Notes under the pieces: generated by a model
What the model saw: the letters and a program-made list of their open reading frames with translations, nothing else
Told to the model about the DNA's origin: nothing
Databases searched by the model: none
Shown here: piece after piece, positions 38,490-51,393 of the stretch
How positions within the stretch are numbered: the stretch's first letter is position 1
Layout of the letters: each line of letters opens with the position of its first letter
Assembly: GCA_965235115.1 (NCBI GenBank)
Contig: OZ249439.1
Location: 2,170,001 to 2,234,000 of the forward strand
Origin: Laetmonice hystrix
Taxonomy: Eukaryota
DNA length: 64,000 bases
Direction of reading: 5' to 3'
Position numbers and translations under genes: made by a program

Positions 38490-39016
38490 AGGGAGTCGTA
38501 AAATTCATTTTTTCGATTTATGGCAGTCTTAGAAACATTATGATTCGCATACCTTGGACTCCCAGTAACATCATGTGAGACTGTTATGGCCCAGCGACCA
38601 GTATTTAGTAAGGAAAATATGCCAAATCTCTCGCAAATACGTAGCTCAGAATTAGCGAGCGGCCCACAGGATATTTGAGTTGGCCGCGGTCGGGCGATGA
38701 TGACGCGTGATCACGTGACTTCCGGGTGTACATGCAGTATTTAAGTCAATGCTAGACTAGAGGTAGATTCCCTTCCACACCCGGAAGTCACGTGATCACG
38801 CGTCATTATCGCCCGACCGCGGCCATCTCAAATATCCTGTGGGCCGCTCGCTAATTCTGAGCTACGTATTTGCGAGAGATTTGGCATATTTTCCTTACTA
38901 AATACTGGTCGCTGGGCCATAACAGTCTTACATGATGTTACTGGGAGTCCAAGGTATGCGAATCATAATGTTTCTAAGACTGCCATAAATCGAAAAAATG
39001 AATTTTACGACTCCCT
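38490..39016. mobile_element. Kolobok-like foldback element, 527 bp, 240-bp TIRs, TTAA TSD
   Basis: TTAA|AGGGAGTCGTAAAATTC...GAATTTTACGACTCCCT|TTAA. Arms 38490-38729 and 38777-39016 differ at 3 positions by my reading; the spacer is 47 bp. Confidence 0.93.
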
Positions 39017-39154
39017 TTAATTATAATTAGTTGGTAGGTGAACTATAGACGGTATTTTCACATCCATAAAATCAATTCCTTGCATTATGAATCTCAATAC
39101 AACTATGAGCTTACTGAGAAGGAAAATCGTATGAAAACCAGATTGGAAAATGAC

Positions 39155-39365
39155 AAGTGAGTGAGTAATGGTGGTTTTACGAAGAGTCGGCATCGAAGGT
39201 AATCTTTACGGTGAAAACATCGCTAGAATATTGAACAGTCAAACGGGCCTATATCAAGTGAGTGAGCGATTGAGTGAGTAATGGTGGTTTTACGAAGTGT
39301 CGGTATCGAAGGTCATCTTCACGGTGAAAACATCGCTAGAATAACTGAACAGTCAAAGGGGCCTA
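39155..39365. repeat. 113-bp-period tandem duplication beginning with (TGAG)n
   Basis: TGAGTGAGTAATGGTGGTTTTACGAAG(A/T)GTCGG(C/T)ATCGAAGGT...ACGGTGAAAACATCGCTAGAATA occurs twice. Confidence 0.9.
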
Positions 39366-40474
39366 CTTTATCACGGGTCCACAGGAAGTGCGGGAATGCG
39401 GTGTATACAGTCTGTCCTACATTGCAATTGGTTTGTTGTTTCTCCCAGAGAATAGAATTTACTAAAGGCGATTAGGAGGGAGGACTGGAAGGGCATGGAC
39501 ATCCCTACCATAACGTCTACATCTACTACGTCAATTACGTGTTATAATCAGCAGCAACCATTAGGCGAACTGCCCACCTTGAATGGCTTCACCCAGGAAA
39601 TACCAACCACTGAAATGGATTTTCTCTCATTTAGAGCCAATTAGATTTCATCTTCTGCGTCTCATTTTCTTCTCCTGACAGATGAATGCTCCTCCACGGA
39701 AACCGTGTGGAAATGGTGCTTCCTTGAGCGCCATGTAGTCCGGGAAAGTTGAAAAGGAAAAAACAAGAATATTGATGTACTGCTTTGGGCGTGAAGGTTG
39801 GAATGGCGGATTTCCACGTGCCAATTAGCAGTTGGTGTGGAGTGTGACAGGGAAAGGTAGGATCAACTCACGACTGGCCGTGGATGATTGCTACTCCTGT
39901 CGGCCAGCACTCCCCCCCACCCAACCATTAACATGGCTGTCGCTCAGCGCCACCCAGACTGACCATTAATGTCATCAGTAGCCGTCAGCACTCGGCCAGT
40001 CCAGCCTGGCAGCCTGACCTGCCTTCACACTCCCACACCGACTACAGTTGCTGATGAGCATTGGCCTGGAGGCTGTCCAATTTGAAGCCCCTGTAACCCC
40101 CGCCCCCTCGCCTCCCGGCCCTGCTATCCATTACTATGCAATGGGTGGCCAATATCTGCCACAGGACATAACCTGATACTATAGCAACATGTTGTAATCG
40201 GTATGCAGTAAACATTTGGATTCCCTTAGTGATGGGTTGAGAGGTGGTCGACCTAGTGGGTATTGGGTTTCGCTGTAGAAACAAGGTTCTAAGGAACCCT
40301 TGCCACTTATCAATAAGTGTAGGGCGTAGTCCCGGTGCGCGGGTTTCTCCTTATCAGACCATCATCTTCGTCACCGGACCCAACAACTAAAATAAATAAA
40401 TGAAAAAGTACTTGTACCTGTCGTGACCACCGCCATCCTGAACAAGTACCCGGGACCACCACCACACCGCTGTA

Positions 40475-43197
40475 GACACCCAATATCCTCACTCAGAGCA
40501 AGTACCAGTATACATCCCGGCCGGTACACCCAATATCCTTGCTCGGAGCCAGTACCAGTAAACATCCCGGCCGGTACACCCAATATCCTCGCTCGGAGCC
40601 AGTACCAGTAAACATCCCGGCCTATACACCCAATATCCTCACTCAGAGCCAGTACCAGTATACATCCCGGTCTGCACACCCAATATCCTAGCTCGGAGCC
40701 AGTACCAGTAAACATCCCGGCCTATACACCCAATATCCTCACTCAGAGCCAGTACCAGTAAACATCCCGGCCGGTACACCCAATATCCTCACTCAGAGCC
40801 AGTACCAGTAAACATCCCGGCCGGTACACCCAATATCCTCACTCAGAGCCAGTACCAGTAAACATCCCGGCCGGTACACCCAGTATCCTCACTCAGAGCC
40901 AGTACCAGTAAACATCCCGGTCTGCACACCCAATATCCTCACTCAGAGCCAGTACCAGTAAACACCCCGGCCGGTACACCCAATATCCTCACTCAGAGCC
41001 AGTACCAGTCTACACCCCGGCCGGTACACCCAATATCCTCGCTCGGAGCCAGTACCAGTATACATCCCGGCCGGTACACCCGATATCCTCACTCAGAGCC
41101 AGTACCAGTAAACATCCCGGCCGGTACACCCAATATCCTCACTCAGAGCCAGTACCAGTAAACATCCCGGCCGGTACACCCAATATCCTAGCTCAGAGCC
41201 AGTACCAGTAAACATCCCGGCCGGTACACCCGATATCCTCACTCAGAGCCAGTCCCAGTATACATCCCGGCCGGTACACCCAATATCCTCACTCAGAGCC
41301 AGTACCAGTATACATCCCGGCCGGTACACCCAATATCCTCACTCAGAGCCAGTACCAGTACACATCCCGGCCTATACACCCAGTATCCTCACTCAGAGCC
41401 AGTACCAGTAAACATCCCGGCCGGTACACCCAATATCCTCACTCAGAGCCAGTACCAGTATACATCCCGGCCGGTACACCCAATATCCTCACTCAGAGCC
41501 AGTACCAGTAAACATCCCGGTCTGCACACCCAATATCCTCACTCAGAGCCAGTACCAGTATACATCCCGGCCGGTACACCCAATATCTTCACTCGGAGCC
41601 AGTACCAGTATACATCCCAGCCGGTACACCCAATATCTTCACTCAGAGCCAGTACCAGTAAACATTCCGGCCGGTACACCCAATATCCTTGCTCAGAGCC
41701 AGTACAAGTATACATCCCGGCCGGTACACCCAATACCCTCACTCGGAGCCAGTACCAGTAAACATCCTGGCCGGTACACCCAATATCCTCACTCAGAGCC
41801 AGTACCAGTAAACATCCCGGCCGGTACACCCAATATCCTCACTCAGAGCCAGTACCAGTAAACATCCCGGCCGGTACACCCAATATCCTCACTCAGAGCC
41901 AGTACCAGTAAACATCCCGGCCGGTACACCCAATATCCTCACTCAGAGCCAGTACCAGTATACATCCCGGCCGGTACACCCAATATCCTCACTCCGAGCC
42001 AGTACCAGTAAACATCCCGGTCTGCCACCCAATATCCTCACTCAGAGCCAGTACCAGTATACATCCCGGCCGGTACACCCAATATCCTCGCTCAGAGCCA
42101 GTACCAGTATACATCCCGGTCTGCACACCCAATATCCTCACTCAGAGCCAGTACCAGTATACATCCAGGCCTATACACCCAATATCTTCACTCAGAGCCA
42201 GTACCAGTAAACATCCCGGCCGGTACACCCAATATCCTCACTCAGAGCCAGTACCAGTAAACATCCCGGCCGGTACACCCAATATACTCACTCAGAGCCA
42301 GTACCGGTAAACATCCCGGCCGGTACACCCAATATCCTCACTCGGAGCCAGTACCAGTATACATCCCGGCCGGTACACCCAATATCCTCACTCAGAGCCA
42401 GTACCAGTAAACACCCCGGTCTGCACACCCAATATCCTCACTCGGAGCCAGTACCAGCAAACATCCCGGTCTGCACATCCAATATCCTCGCTTGGAGCCA
42501 GGACCAGTATACACCCCGGTCTGCACACCCAATATCCTCACTCCGAGCCAGTACCAGTATACATCCCGGTCTGCACACCCAATATCCTCACTCAGAGCCA
42601 GTACCAGTAAACATCCCGGTCTGCACACCCAATATCCTCACTCAGAGCCAGTACCAGTAAACATCCCGGCCTATACACCCAATATCCTCACTCAGAGCCA
42701 GTACCAGTATACATCCCGGCCGGTACACCCAATATCCTCACTCAGAGCCAGTACCAGTAAACATCCCGGTCTGCACACCCAATATCCTCACTCAGAGCCA
42801 GTACCAGTAAACATCCCGGTCTGCACACCCAATATCCTCACTCAGAGCCAGTACCAGTATACATCCCGGCCGGTACACCCAATATCCTCACTCAGAGCCA
42901 GTACCAGTAAACATCCCGGTCTGCACACCCAATATCCTCACTCAGAGCCAGTACCAGTAAACATCCCGGCCTGTACACCCAGTATCCTCACTCAGAGCCA
43001 GTACCAGTAAACATCCCGGTCTGCACACCCAATATCCTCGCTCGGAGCCAGTACCAGTATACATCCCGGCCGGTACACCCAATATCCTCGCTTGGAGCCA
43101 GGACCAGTATACATCCAGGCCGGTACACCCAATATCCTCGCTCGGAGCCAGGACCAGTATACATCCCGGTCTGCACACCCACTATCCTCGCTCGGAC
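40475..43197. repeat. 50-bp minisatellite, ~54 copies
   Basis: Unit CAATATCCTCACTCAGAGCCAGTACCAGTAAACATCCCGGCCGGTACACC. Confidence 0.99.
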
Positions 43198-43224
43198 CTA
43201 AACGGTGACGAAGTCAGGAAAAAG

Positions 43225-43545
43225 ATACCGGAAATGTTAAGCACCACTTGGCGGTGACTCTCTGACAATAAAGGAACAAAGAAAACGACAGAGGATGTCT
43301 TACCCGGATATTCCGACGCGCAACTTCCCGGCAACTGAAGACCGTTTTAAAACTTAAGCGTTCAACCGTTCGCTATAATTGATGCTCCAAATAACATCAT
43401 CCCCTTAATACGCTCAGTGCCTCACAAGGCATTTCCTTGAAATAGTTTTTAATTTTGTGCCATGATTTGCTAGAGACCTGGTGGTTAACATTCCACGAAT
43501 TTTATTGTTTAAAAACGGCCTTGCCCTGCCCGGAAGCGTATGTTC
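43225..43545 (-). promoter_or_regulatory. Putative promoter and first exon of a minus-strand gene
   Basis: CCGGAA-type (ETS-like) motifs near 43228 and 43530, local CpGs, and a strong minus-strand donor CGG|gtaaga (exon edge 43304). No expression data. Confidence 0.3.
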
Positions 43546-44693
43546 TTTTCTTAGCATAATTCCTGTCAATGAACTTGAAATCTGTACACCTTACTAGAAT
43601 CCAGTTCATTCCATGCAAAGGTCCTTTTGGGATTATCCTTAGCCTTGCATGGGGAGCTACCTCTCCCAATGTATTAAGGTTTTTAATAAATCATCGTAGA
43701 CTGTGCTAACAGTTTCAGGGATGAATCCCACACCAAGGCTAGTAATAGAATCCCCGTCTCGTGTGTCACTCCTCCATGAAACGGCTCCCTTTGTTCTATT
43801 GTTTGCCAGAACAGACGTAATATTTGTCAGAAACCCAATAATACGACATGTATCCCAGCGTCTATATTTCTTGTCCATATTTACCCTGAAGCTTCATTGA
43901 GCGGTGCTGGTCTTCCTGTGTGCATCACGAGGGTGGCGTCTTGGTTGTAACATATGGGAGGCAGTGAGTGACGTGGAGAAGTCAGTCCACTTGGTCCTGT
44001 CACAAACGTGTCTGCTTGACTGTAACTTTCAAGTCAGTGTTCAGGTGGTCTTCCATTGTAACGTTCCCACGAGACTGGTCTAGGGTTTAGGGTCAGGTGC
44101 TGAGCTAGGACCAGTGATAAGGGCTTTGGGGAGGTTTCGAGACTGGTACAAGGTTGGTAGAAGGAACGTTTAGATTTCTTTTGCTGGGAATAGTAATACA
44201 TTTTGAGTTTTGACCTCCAGATATTTTGGTGCGGTTACCATGGGCATGTAACCGTCGTTTGCCCGGCCAGAGTGACCGTGAAAACCGCCGGGGTTAGAGC
44301 ATAACTCAATCACCGCTTCCCAATCCAACTATGTGACATGGTAACGGATGACCTTAGAGACGGCGCCGTGATTGCGGTCGATCGACGGTTTGCTCCTTGC
44401 TCCATCAGTGTCCTGCCGCCAGCCCGCCGCCAGCCCACAGCCAGCCCGCAACCGGCCCACAGCCTTCCCATGGGTCCCGTGGACGGCCTGTAGCCCGCCA
44501 ACCCCCCACTCACTCACTCACCACCAACGTAACCACACTGAAACAACTCCCAATCTAACCCAAGGTCACCTTATGGCCATTCACCACTGATACCATCCAC
44601 CACCTATAAAGGGCCGACCACTGGGAGACGTGAATGTGCCACCTGTCTCGTTCTGACTAAAGGCTGACAGACATGACGATGTGTGACGGTAAC

Positions 44694-46623
44694 ACGGCAG
44701 ATTGTAGGTACAGACCCACTGTGGCCGGGTAGCGATCCCGGACTGTGGCAGAATGTACAGACCCACTGTGGCCGGGTAGCGATCCCGGACTGTGGCAGAT
44801 TGTACAGACCCACTGTGGCCGGGTAGCGATCCCGGACTGTGGCAGAATGTACAGACCCACTGTGGCCGGGTAGCGATCCCGGACTGTGGCAGATTGTACA
44901 GACCCACTGTGGCCGGGTAGCGATCCCAGACTGTGGCAGATTGTACAGACCCACTGTGGTCGGGTAGCGATCCCGGACTGTGGCAGATTGTACAGACCCA
45001 CTGTGGCCGGGTCGCGATCCCGGACTGTGGCAGATTGTACAGACCCACTGTGGCCGGGTAGCGATCCCGGACTGTGGCAGATTGTACAGACCCACTGTGG
45101 TCGGGTAGCGATCCCGGACTGTGGCAGATTGTACAGACCCGCCGGGTAGCGATCCCAGACTGTGGCAGATTGTACAGACCCACTGTGGCCGGGTCGCGAT
45201 CCCGGACTGTGGCAGATTGTACAGACCCACTGTGGCCGGGTAGCGATCCCGGACTGTGGCAGATTGTACAGACCCACTGTGGCCGGGTAGCGATCCCAGA
45301 CTGTGGCAGATTGTACAGACCCACTGTGGCCGGGTAGCAATCCCGGACTGTGGCAGATTGTACAGACCCACTGTGGCCGGGTAGCGATCCCGGACTGTGG
45401 CAGAATGAACAGACCCACTGTGGCCAGGTAGCGATCCCGGACTGTGGCAGATTGTACAGACCCGCCGGGTAGCGATCCCGGACTGTGGCAGATTGTACAG
45501 ATCCACTGTGGCCGGGTAGCGATCCCGGACTGTGGCAGAATGTACAGACCTAACTGTGGCCGGGTAGCGATCCCGGACTCTGGCAGATTGTACAGGCCCA
45601 CTGTGGCCGGGTAGCGATCCCGGACTGTGGCAGATTGTACAGACCCGCCGGGTAGCGATCCCAGACTGTGGCAGATTGTACAGACCCACTGTGGCCGGGT
45701 AGCGATCCCAGACTGTGGCAGATTGTACAGACCCACTGTGGCCGGGTAGCGATCCCAGACTGTGGCAGAATGAACAGACCCACTGTGGCCGGGTAGCGAT
45801 CCCAGACTGTGGCAAATTGTACAGACCCGCTGTGGCCGGGTAGCGATCCCAGACTGTGGCAGATTGTACAGACCCACTGTGGCCGGGTCGCGATCCCGGA
45901 CTGTGGCAGATTGTACAGACCCGCCGGGTAGCGATCCCAGACTGTGGCAGATTGTACAGACCCACTGTGGCCGGGTAGCGATCCCGGACTGTGGCAGATT
46001 GTACAGACCCGCCGGGTAGCGATCCCAGACTGTGGCAGATTGTACAGACCCACTGTGGCCGGGTAGCGATCCCGGACTGTGGCAGATTGTACAGACCCAC
46101 TGTGGCCGGGTAGCGATCCCTGACTGTGGCAGATTGTACAGACCCACTGTGGCCCGGTAGCGGTTCCAGACTGTGGCAGATTGTACAGACCCACTGTGGC
46201 CGGGTAGCGATCCCGGACTGTGGCAGATTGTACAGACCCACTGTGGCCGGGTCGCGATCCCAGACTGTGGCAGATTGTACAGACCCACTGTGGCCGGGTA
46301 GCGATCCCAGACTGTGGCAGATTGTACAAACCCGCCGGGTAGCGATCCCGGACTGTGGCAGATTGTACAGACCCACTGTGGCCGGGTAGCGATCCCAGAC
46401 TGTGGCAGATTGTACAGACCCGCCGGGTAGCGATCCCGGACTGTGGCAGATTGTACAGACCCACTGTGGCCGGGTAGCGATCCCAGACTGTGGCAGATTG
46501 TACAGACCCGCCGGGTAGCGATCCCGGACTGTGGCAGATTGTACAGACCCACTGTGGCCGGGTAGCGATCCCAGACTGTGGCAGATTGTACAGACCCACT
46601 GTGGCCGGGTAGCGATCCCGGAT
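44694..46623. repeat. 47-bp minisatellite with 41-bp deletion variants, ~42 copies
   Basis: Unit ACTGTGGCCGGGTAGCGATCCCGGACTGTGGCAGATTGTACAGACCC. Confidence 0.99.
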
Positions 46624-46998
46624 CAATCCTTAATGTCAATACACATCCTTCAGATCTCTTCTCTCTCTCTTTACTGAGGTAACTAAACACAGGACCTTTG
46701 CTTTCCCCGTGATTCGATCTACACAATCCTGCAGCCCTGATTGCCCATCAATTGAATTGTGGGAATGACAAGAATGACAAACAAAATAGAGTTTTGGAAG
46801 TTACACGTCCATTCTTTCCACAAAGTGCTAGTCCTTGGCTTGCTCTGAACCACGAGGGCCGACCGGAAACACGATTACCAGGGTCTACGAACGTCTCCAC
46901 GCAATGCTGTTACCTTCTTGGAATCAGATCTACGCGGCTCTCAGGGCTCTCAGGGCGCTCACTGGTCTGACCCGCTTAAAAAAAGTTGTGTCTTCCAG

Positions 46999-47940
46999 TA
47001 AAACTGGGGATACACTGGCACTGTTCTGTCGATCCGATCAGACCCGACTGAACTGAAGCCAGCTGACCCTGACCGGGTCGGTCGGTCCGTCAAACCGACT
47101 CCCCCCGACTCGGTTGGATACACTACACCGACTAATATAAAACAAATCCGACTATATCGGTGTCACTGTCCCTAACCCTGGCGGCAAGTAGCCGAACCAG
47201 CACCAAAATGGCGACAGTCAGGTGATAACTCAGTCGCTCCTCATTGGCTGCCGTTTTGCGACCGTGACTACCTCCGAGCACTCGGCTCACCCACGATTGA
47301 CTCCGTCATATCTCGGCTGTACGACTAAGGTTCCCATGCTGGGGGGTGGGGTGGGTGGGTGGCTAGGTCGGGACCGCTGACCCGGATGTAAACAACAAAC
47401 TCGCGCGCTGCCGCCGTGCCGAAAATGTAGAACTCCCAAGTGTCGGACTTTATACAAAGTCAGAATATCTGGGTTTCCTCCCAGGTGAAGAAGAGACTGT
47501 TTTGTCTCCACGATAGAAAATTCGAGGTAAAGGTATGCTGAGAAATTATATTTGAACTAGGCCTATGTGCCTGTGCGTAGGGGTCGACTATTTACTCTCT
47601 GTGTTCATGTGCGACCGCTTTACACTACTTTGCACGAAAAACGGGAAAATGGCCGCTTCATACATCCGAGCCTGCTTCGCCTCCAGATATGACCTAGAAA
47701 CAGCCAATCAGAAGCAGCGTCGGTGTTCCGAGTGTACCTCCGAGTACCCGACTGCCAACTCCGAACAGACGGAACCAGACTGGACCTACGACTACCCCCG
47801 AGTGACACAGACACGCCCCGATTTCAGTCGGCAGTATGGATACACTAACCGACTGACCCTGATCCGATTCAGCGCAACAGGCACCGACTAGTTGCGTCGG
47901 GCGGATCGGTGGGAAATGTGTCGGTGTATCTCGGGCTTTA
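46999..47940. mobile_element. Possible Harbinger-like non-autonomous element (~940 bp) containing promoter-like motifs
   Basis: TAAAACTGGGGATACAC versus reverse complement TAAAGCCCGAGATACAC of the right end (13 of 17 match). Many CCGACT/AGTCGG subterminal motifs; internal AAAATGGCG, AAAATGGCCGC and CCAAT boxes. Confidence 0.5.
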
Positions 47941-48449
47941 GGTAAATCCTACCAGTGACTTTGGTTGAGATGGCAGAAGACTGTACTTCACGATGAGATA
48001 GCTGGGTGAGGTCGGGGTGCACCTGAACAGTACAGCAGTGATGTGGCAAGTGAGCCAAACCACATTTATGACTCCACAGGCCAGATGTCTTCTCATTAAC
48101 CCCCCTGATCATGGGTTGACAAGTCAGCTGCCGCGGATCACTGGGCCCAGAGTCAGACTTACCCGGAGTCAGGAGGACGCAAAGGCTTAAGTCTGAGCCG
48201 TGTATTCTCCACCAGTCAAATACATCTTGAAGCCCTCAGGTGGGGACTTCTACCAAATCCCACAGATTTACAGACTTGACCTACTTTGGGGACTTATTGA
48301 CCTCATTCTGTCGGCGATCTCCATATCGGCTTGACCACCTTTGATGAAGGTCATTGGATCTGTAGGTGCATGCGATGAACGGATCATGACATGCACCGCT
48401 AACCACCATGGCTTCCGCCAATATCACAGCGTCCCTATTATTGCCTTTC

Positions 48450-48838
48450 TCTGCAATATATGCCATTCTCTGCAATATGCCATCCTCTACAATATGCCAT
48501 TCCCTACAATATGCCATTCTCTGCAATATGCCATTCTCTGCAATATGCCATTCTCTGCAATATGCCATTCCCTACAATATGCCATTCCCTACAATATGCC
48601 ATTCCCTACAATATGCCATTCTCTGCAATATGCCCTTCTCTGCAATATATGCCATTCTCTACAATATGCCATTCTCTACAATATGCCATGCTCTGCAATA
48701 TGCCATTCTCTGCAATATGCCATTCTCTACAATATGCCATTCCCTACAATATGCCATTCTCTGCAATATGCCATTCTCTGCAATATGCCATTCTCTACAA
48801 TATGCCATTCTCTGCACTATGCCTTTCTCTGCAATATT
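48450..48838. repeat. 17-bp minisatellite, ~22 copies
   Basis: Unit AATATGCCATTCTCTGC / AATATGCCATTCCCTAC. Confidence 0.97.
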
Positions 48839-49302
48839 CCCCGCGATCCGCCAACACCCATAAAACAACCTCGTCTGAATGGGTCTTCAGCTATAGATGT
48901 TGGGCCCTACCTCTCATTGACATAATGCTTGTTTAGGGTTTCCATGTTGTTTCTGCCTTTCACATAGCCGTCACTAGAAGTTAAAGGGAACCAATTACAT
49001 CTATATACGATATAGCTACCTGCATGTTTGCAAATTCATCTCAGACCAGATGGCAATCATGTTTGGTAGAATATCGCCTTGTAGCCTGTCGTATACATGA
49101 TCGTCCAACTTCGACACAGAATGAGGTAAATCGTTGTAATATGATATATTTATTTCTGTGTAGACAGGACAGGTCATCTCTGGAAAATATGATGTCGTTG
49201 ATTCCCTTTAAAATAGTTTTGATGTCAGTTTTCTTTGCATTTGATCTAAAATCGTCTGAAATAATTTCATCTAAGATAAGTTTTAAACAGATGAGATCAG
49301 CG

Positions 49303-49546
49303 AGATGTTGATTGGGATTGCCACATGTTGATTGGGATTGCCATATGTTGATTGGGATTGCCATATGTTGATTGGGGTTGCCACATGTTGATTGGGGTTG
49401 CCACATGTTGATTGGGATTGCCACATGTTGATTGGGATGGCCACATGTTGATTGGGATGGCCACATGTTGATTGGGGTTGCCACATGTTGATTGGGATTG
49501 CCACATGTTGATTGGGATTGCCACATGTTGATTAAGATTGCCACAT
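49303..49546. repeat. 20-bp minisatellite, 12 copies
   Basis: Unit GTTGATTGGGATTGCCACAT. Confidence 0.97.
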
Positions 49547-50207
49547 TTCCATCCATAAAGGCAGAATCTGATGCATGCATGTGGCAATGCTTTCCGTGCA
49601 AAATATAGACATCCTGGTTCGGTTAATTAATCAGTAACTGTTGTTTCTGTCAGGGAAACGTTTATCATGGGAACAAATTTCATGTACGTAATAACACTGT
49701 TAATGAAAAACGATATATCTTGTCGTGGGAAAGACACATCTGTGTGTTGGAAAACATTTTCAATAATTACATACACCGATTAGTTACGGTGTATATTTGA
49801 CAGCAATGGTCATTGTTATTCTAATTAAATATAGGGGCATACGATTCGCAAACTATTACACAGTCTATCCAACGGAAATCGTCATTACGGTTTTAAATAT
49901 CAGCAAGATTCCAGTGATCAGGTTCATGGTCATAGTGACAAATTAGGAGATGCATGAAATCAGATTGACATCATACGATATCTAATCGGGCGTTGAATAG
50001 ATATAATCATGGATATAATTCATTTAACGGTATCAAAGGATTATGACATGATAGTTTTGGTCTCAACTATACCAAAACCTTGTTAGCGGCGTAGACGTGT
50101 CCTTTCAGAGTCTCCAGGACTCAGTGGTTCCATCCAAAGTAACCAACCTCTATTGACCTGAGGCACATACAAATATTTCGTTTCCGGCCCCACGCGAGTC
50201 ACCTGAA

Positions 50208-50420
50208 TCCAATCACACACACTCCCCCTCCCAATCCCCCCCCAAATCACACACACACACCCAATCACACACCCCCAATCACACACACTCCCCTCCCAAT
50301 CACACACACTCCCCCTCCCAATCACACACACTCCCCCTCCCAATCACACACACTCCCCCTCCCAATCACATACACTCCCCCTCCCAATCACACACCCCCA
50401 ATCACAGACACACCCCTCCC
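50208..50420. repeat. ~22-bp CA/C-rich minisatellite
   Basis: Unit CCAATCACACACACTCCCCCTC. Confidence 0.92.
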
Positions 50421-50732
50421 CGTCAAGACCTTTATCTTGAATAATCTAGTTGATTCACGTTCCAATTGTTCGTTTACGTATGGCGAGGTGTTACTCAGTT
50501 TTTCGATGTCTTCAACAAAAATGTTGAATGTTTCTTTTCAATATACTTCTACCTAACAGCTAACGTCACTTGTCTGGTTGAAAGTAAGAAAATAAAAGGG
50601 GAAGAACGATGTAAAGAGGACAGAAAAATGAAACCACTTCATCGCACCAAGTTTTTATATTTATAAATGTAAAGGAAACTAAAGGGTTTTATTTTCGCCC
50701 TTGGTGTTTGTATAACCAGATGGCCGGTCACG

Positions 50733-51073
50733 CCCACCGGAAGTAACCTAAATAATGTCATCGCTTCCTGTTCTCAGATTTACATAATACGATCTAGTTT
50801 AATAACAATCTCTCATCTCCCACCGGAAGTGACCTAAATAATGTCATCGCTTCCTGTTCCCATCTCCCACCGGAAGTGACCTAAATAATGTCATCGCTTC
50901 CTGTTCCCATCTCCCACCGGAAGTGACCTAAATAATGTCATCGCTTCCTGTTCCCATCTCCCACCGGAAGTGACCTAAATAATGTCATCGCTTCCTGTTC
51001 CCATCTCCCACCGGAAGTGACCTAAATAATGTCATCGCTTCCTGTTCTCAGATCTGGTTTAATAACAATCTCC
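50733..51073. repeat. 47-bp tandem repeat, 6 copies, carrying CCGGAAGT
   Basis: Unit CCCACCGGAAGTGACCTAAATAATGTCATCGCTTCCTGTTCCCATCT; first and last copies are extended by GTTTAATAACAATCTC. Confidence 0.95.
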
Positions 51074-51393
51074 ATTCGGCGTATTGATTATATGCCGAGC
51101 CAACTAAGTGAGGTTTATTTGTTTCTTCAATCAGGAAATAGCAACAATTTGATGGGTATATGGTAGCATGTATCCGATGGTTATTTGATGCTATTACACT
51201 CTACAAACTCCTCATGGATCATTTGGGATCCAGTAATAGGTCCCGAAAATTGTAGGAGCTCAGGAAAACGGACTCGTGCATAATAATGTTTCTAGGACGG
51301 TCATTGATCATGTGAGGCACGCACAGACCTTGGTCCATGGTCGAGGAGGTACAATTGGTTATTCTGGACATTGACTGTTTGAATTGGGGTCCA

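Noticed and set aside
44581-46726. Very long minus-strand ORFs (689, 590, 358 and 247 aa)
   Set aside because: The 47-bp unit has no stop triplet on the minus strand, so all three frames are open and cycle through the same three peptides. Repeat artefact.
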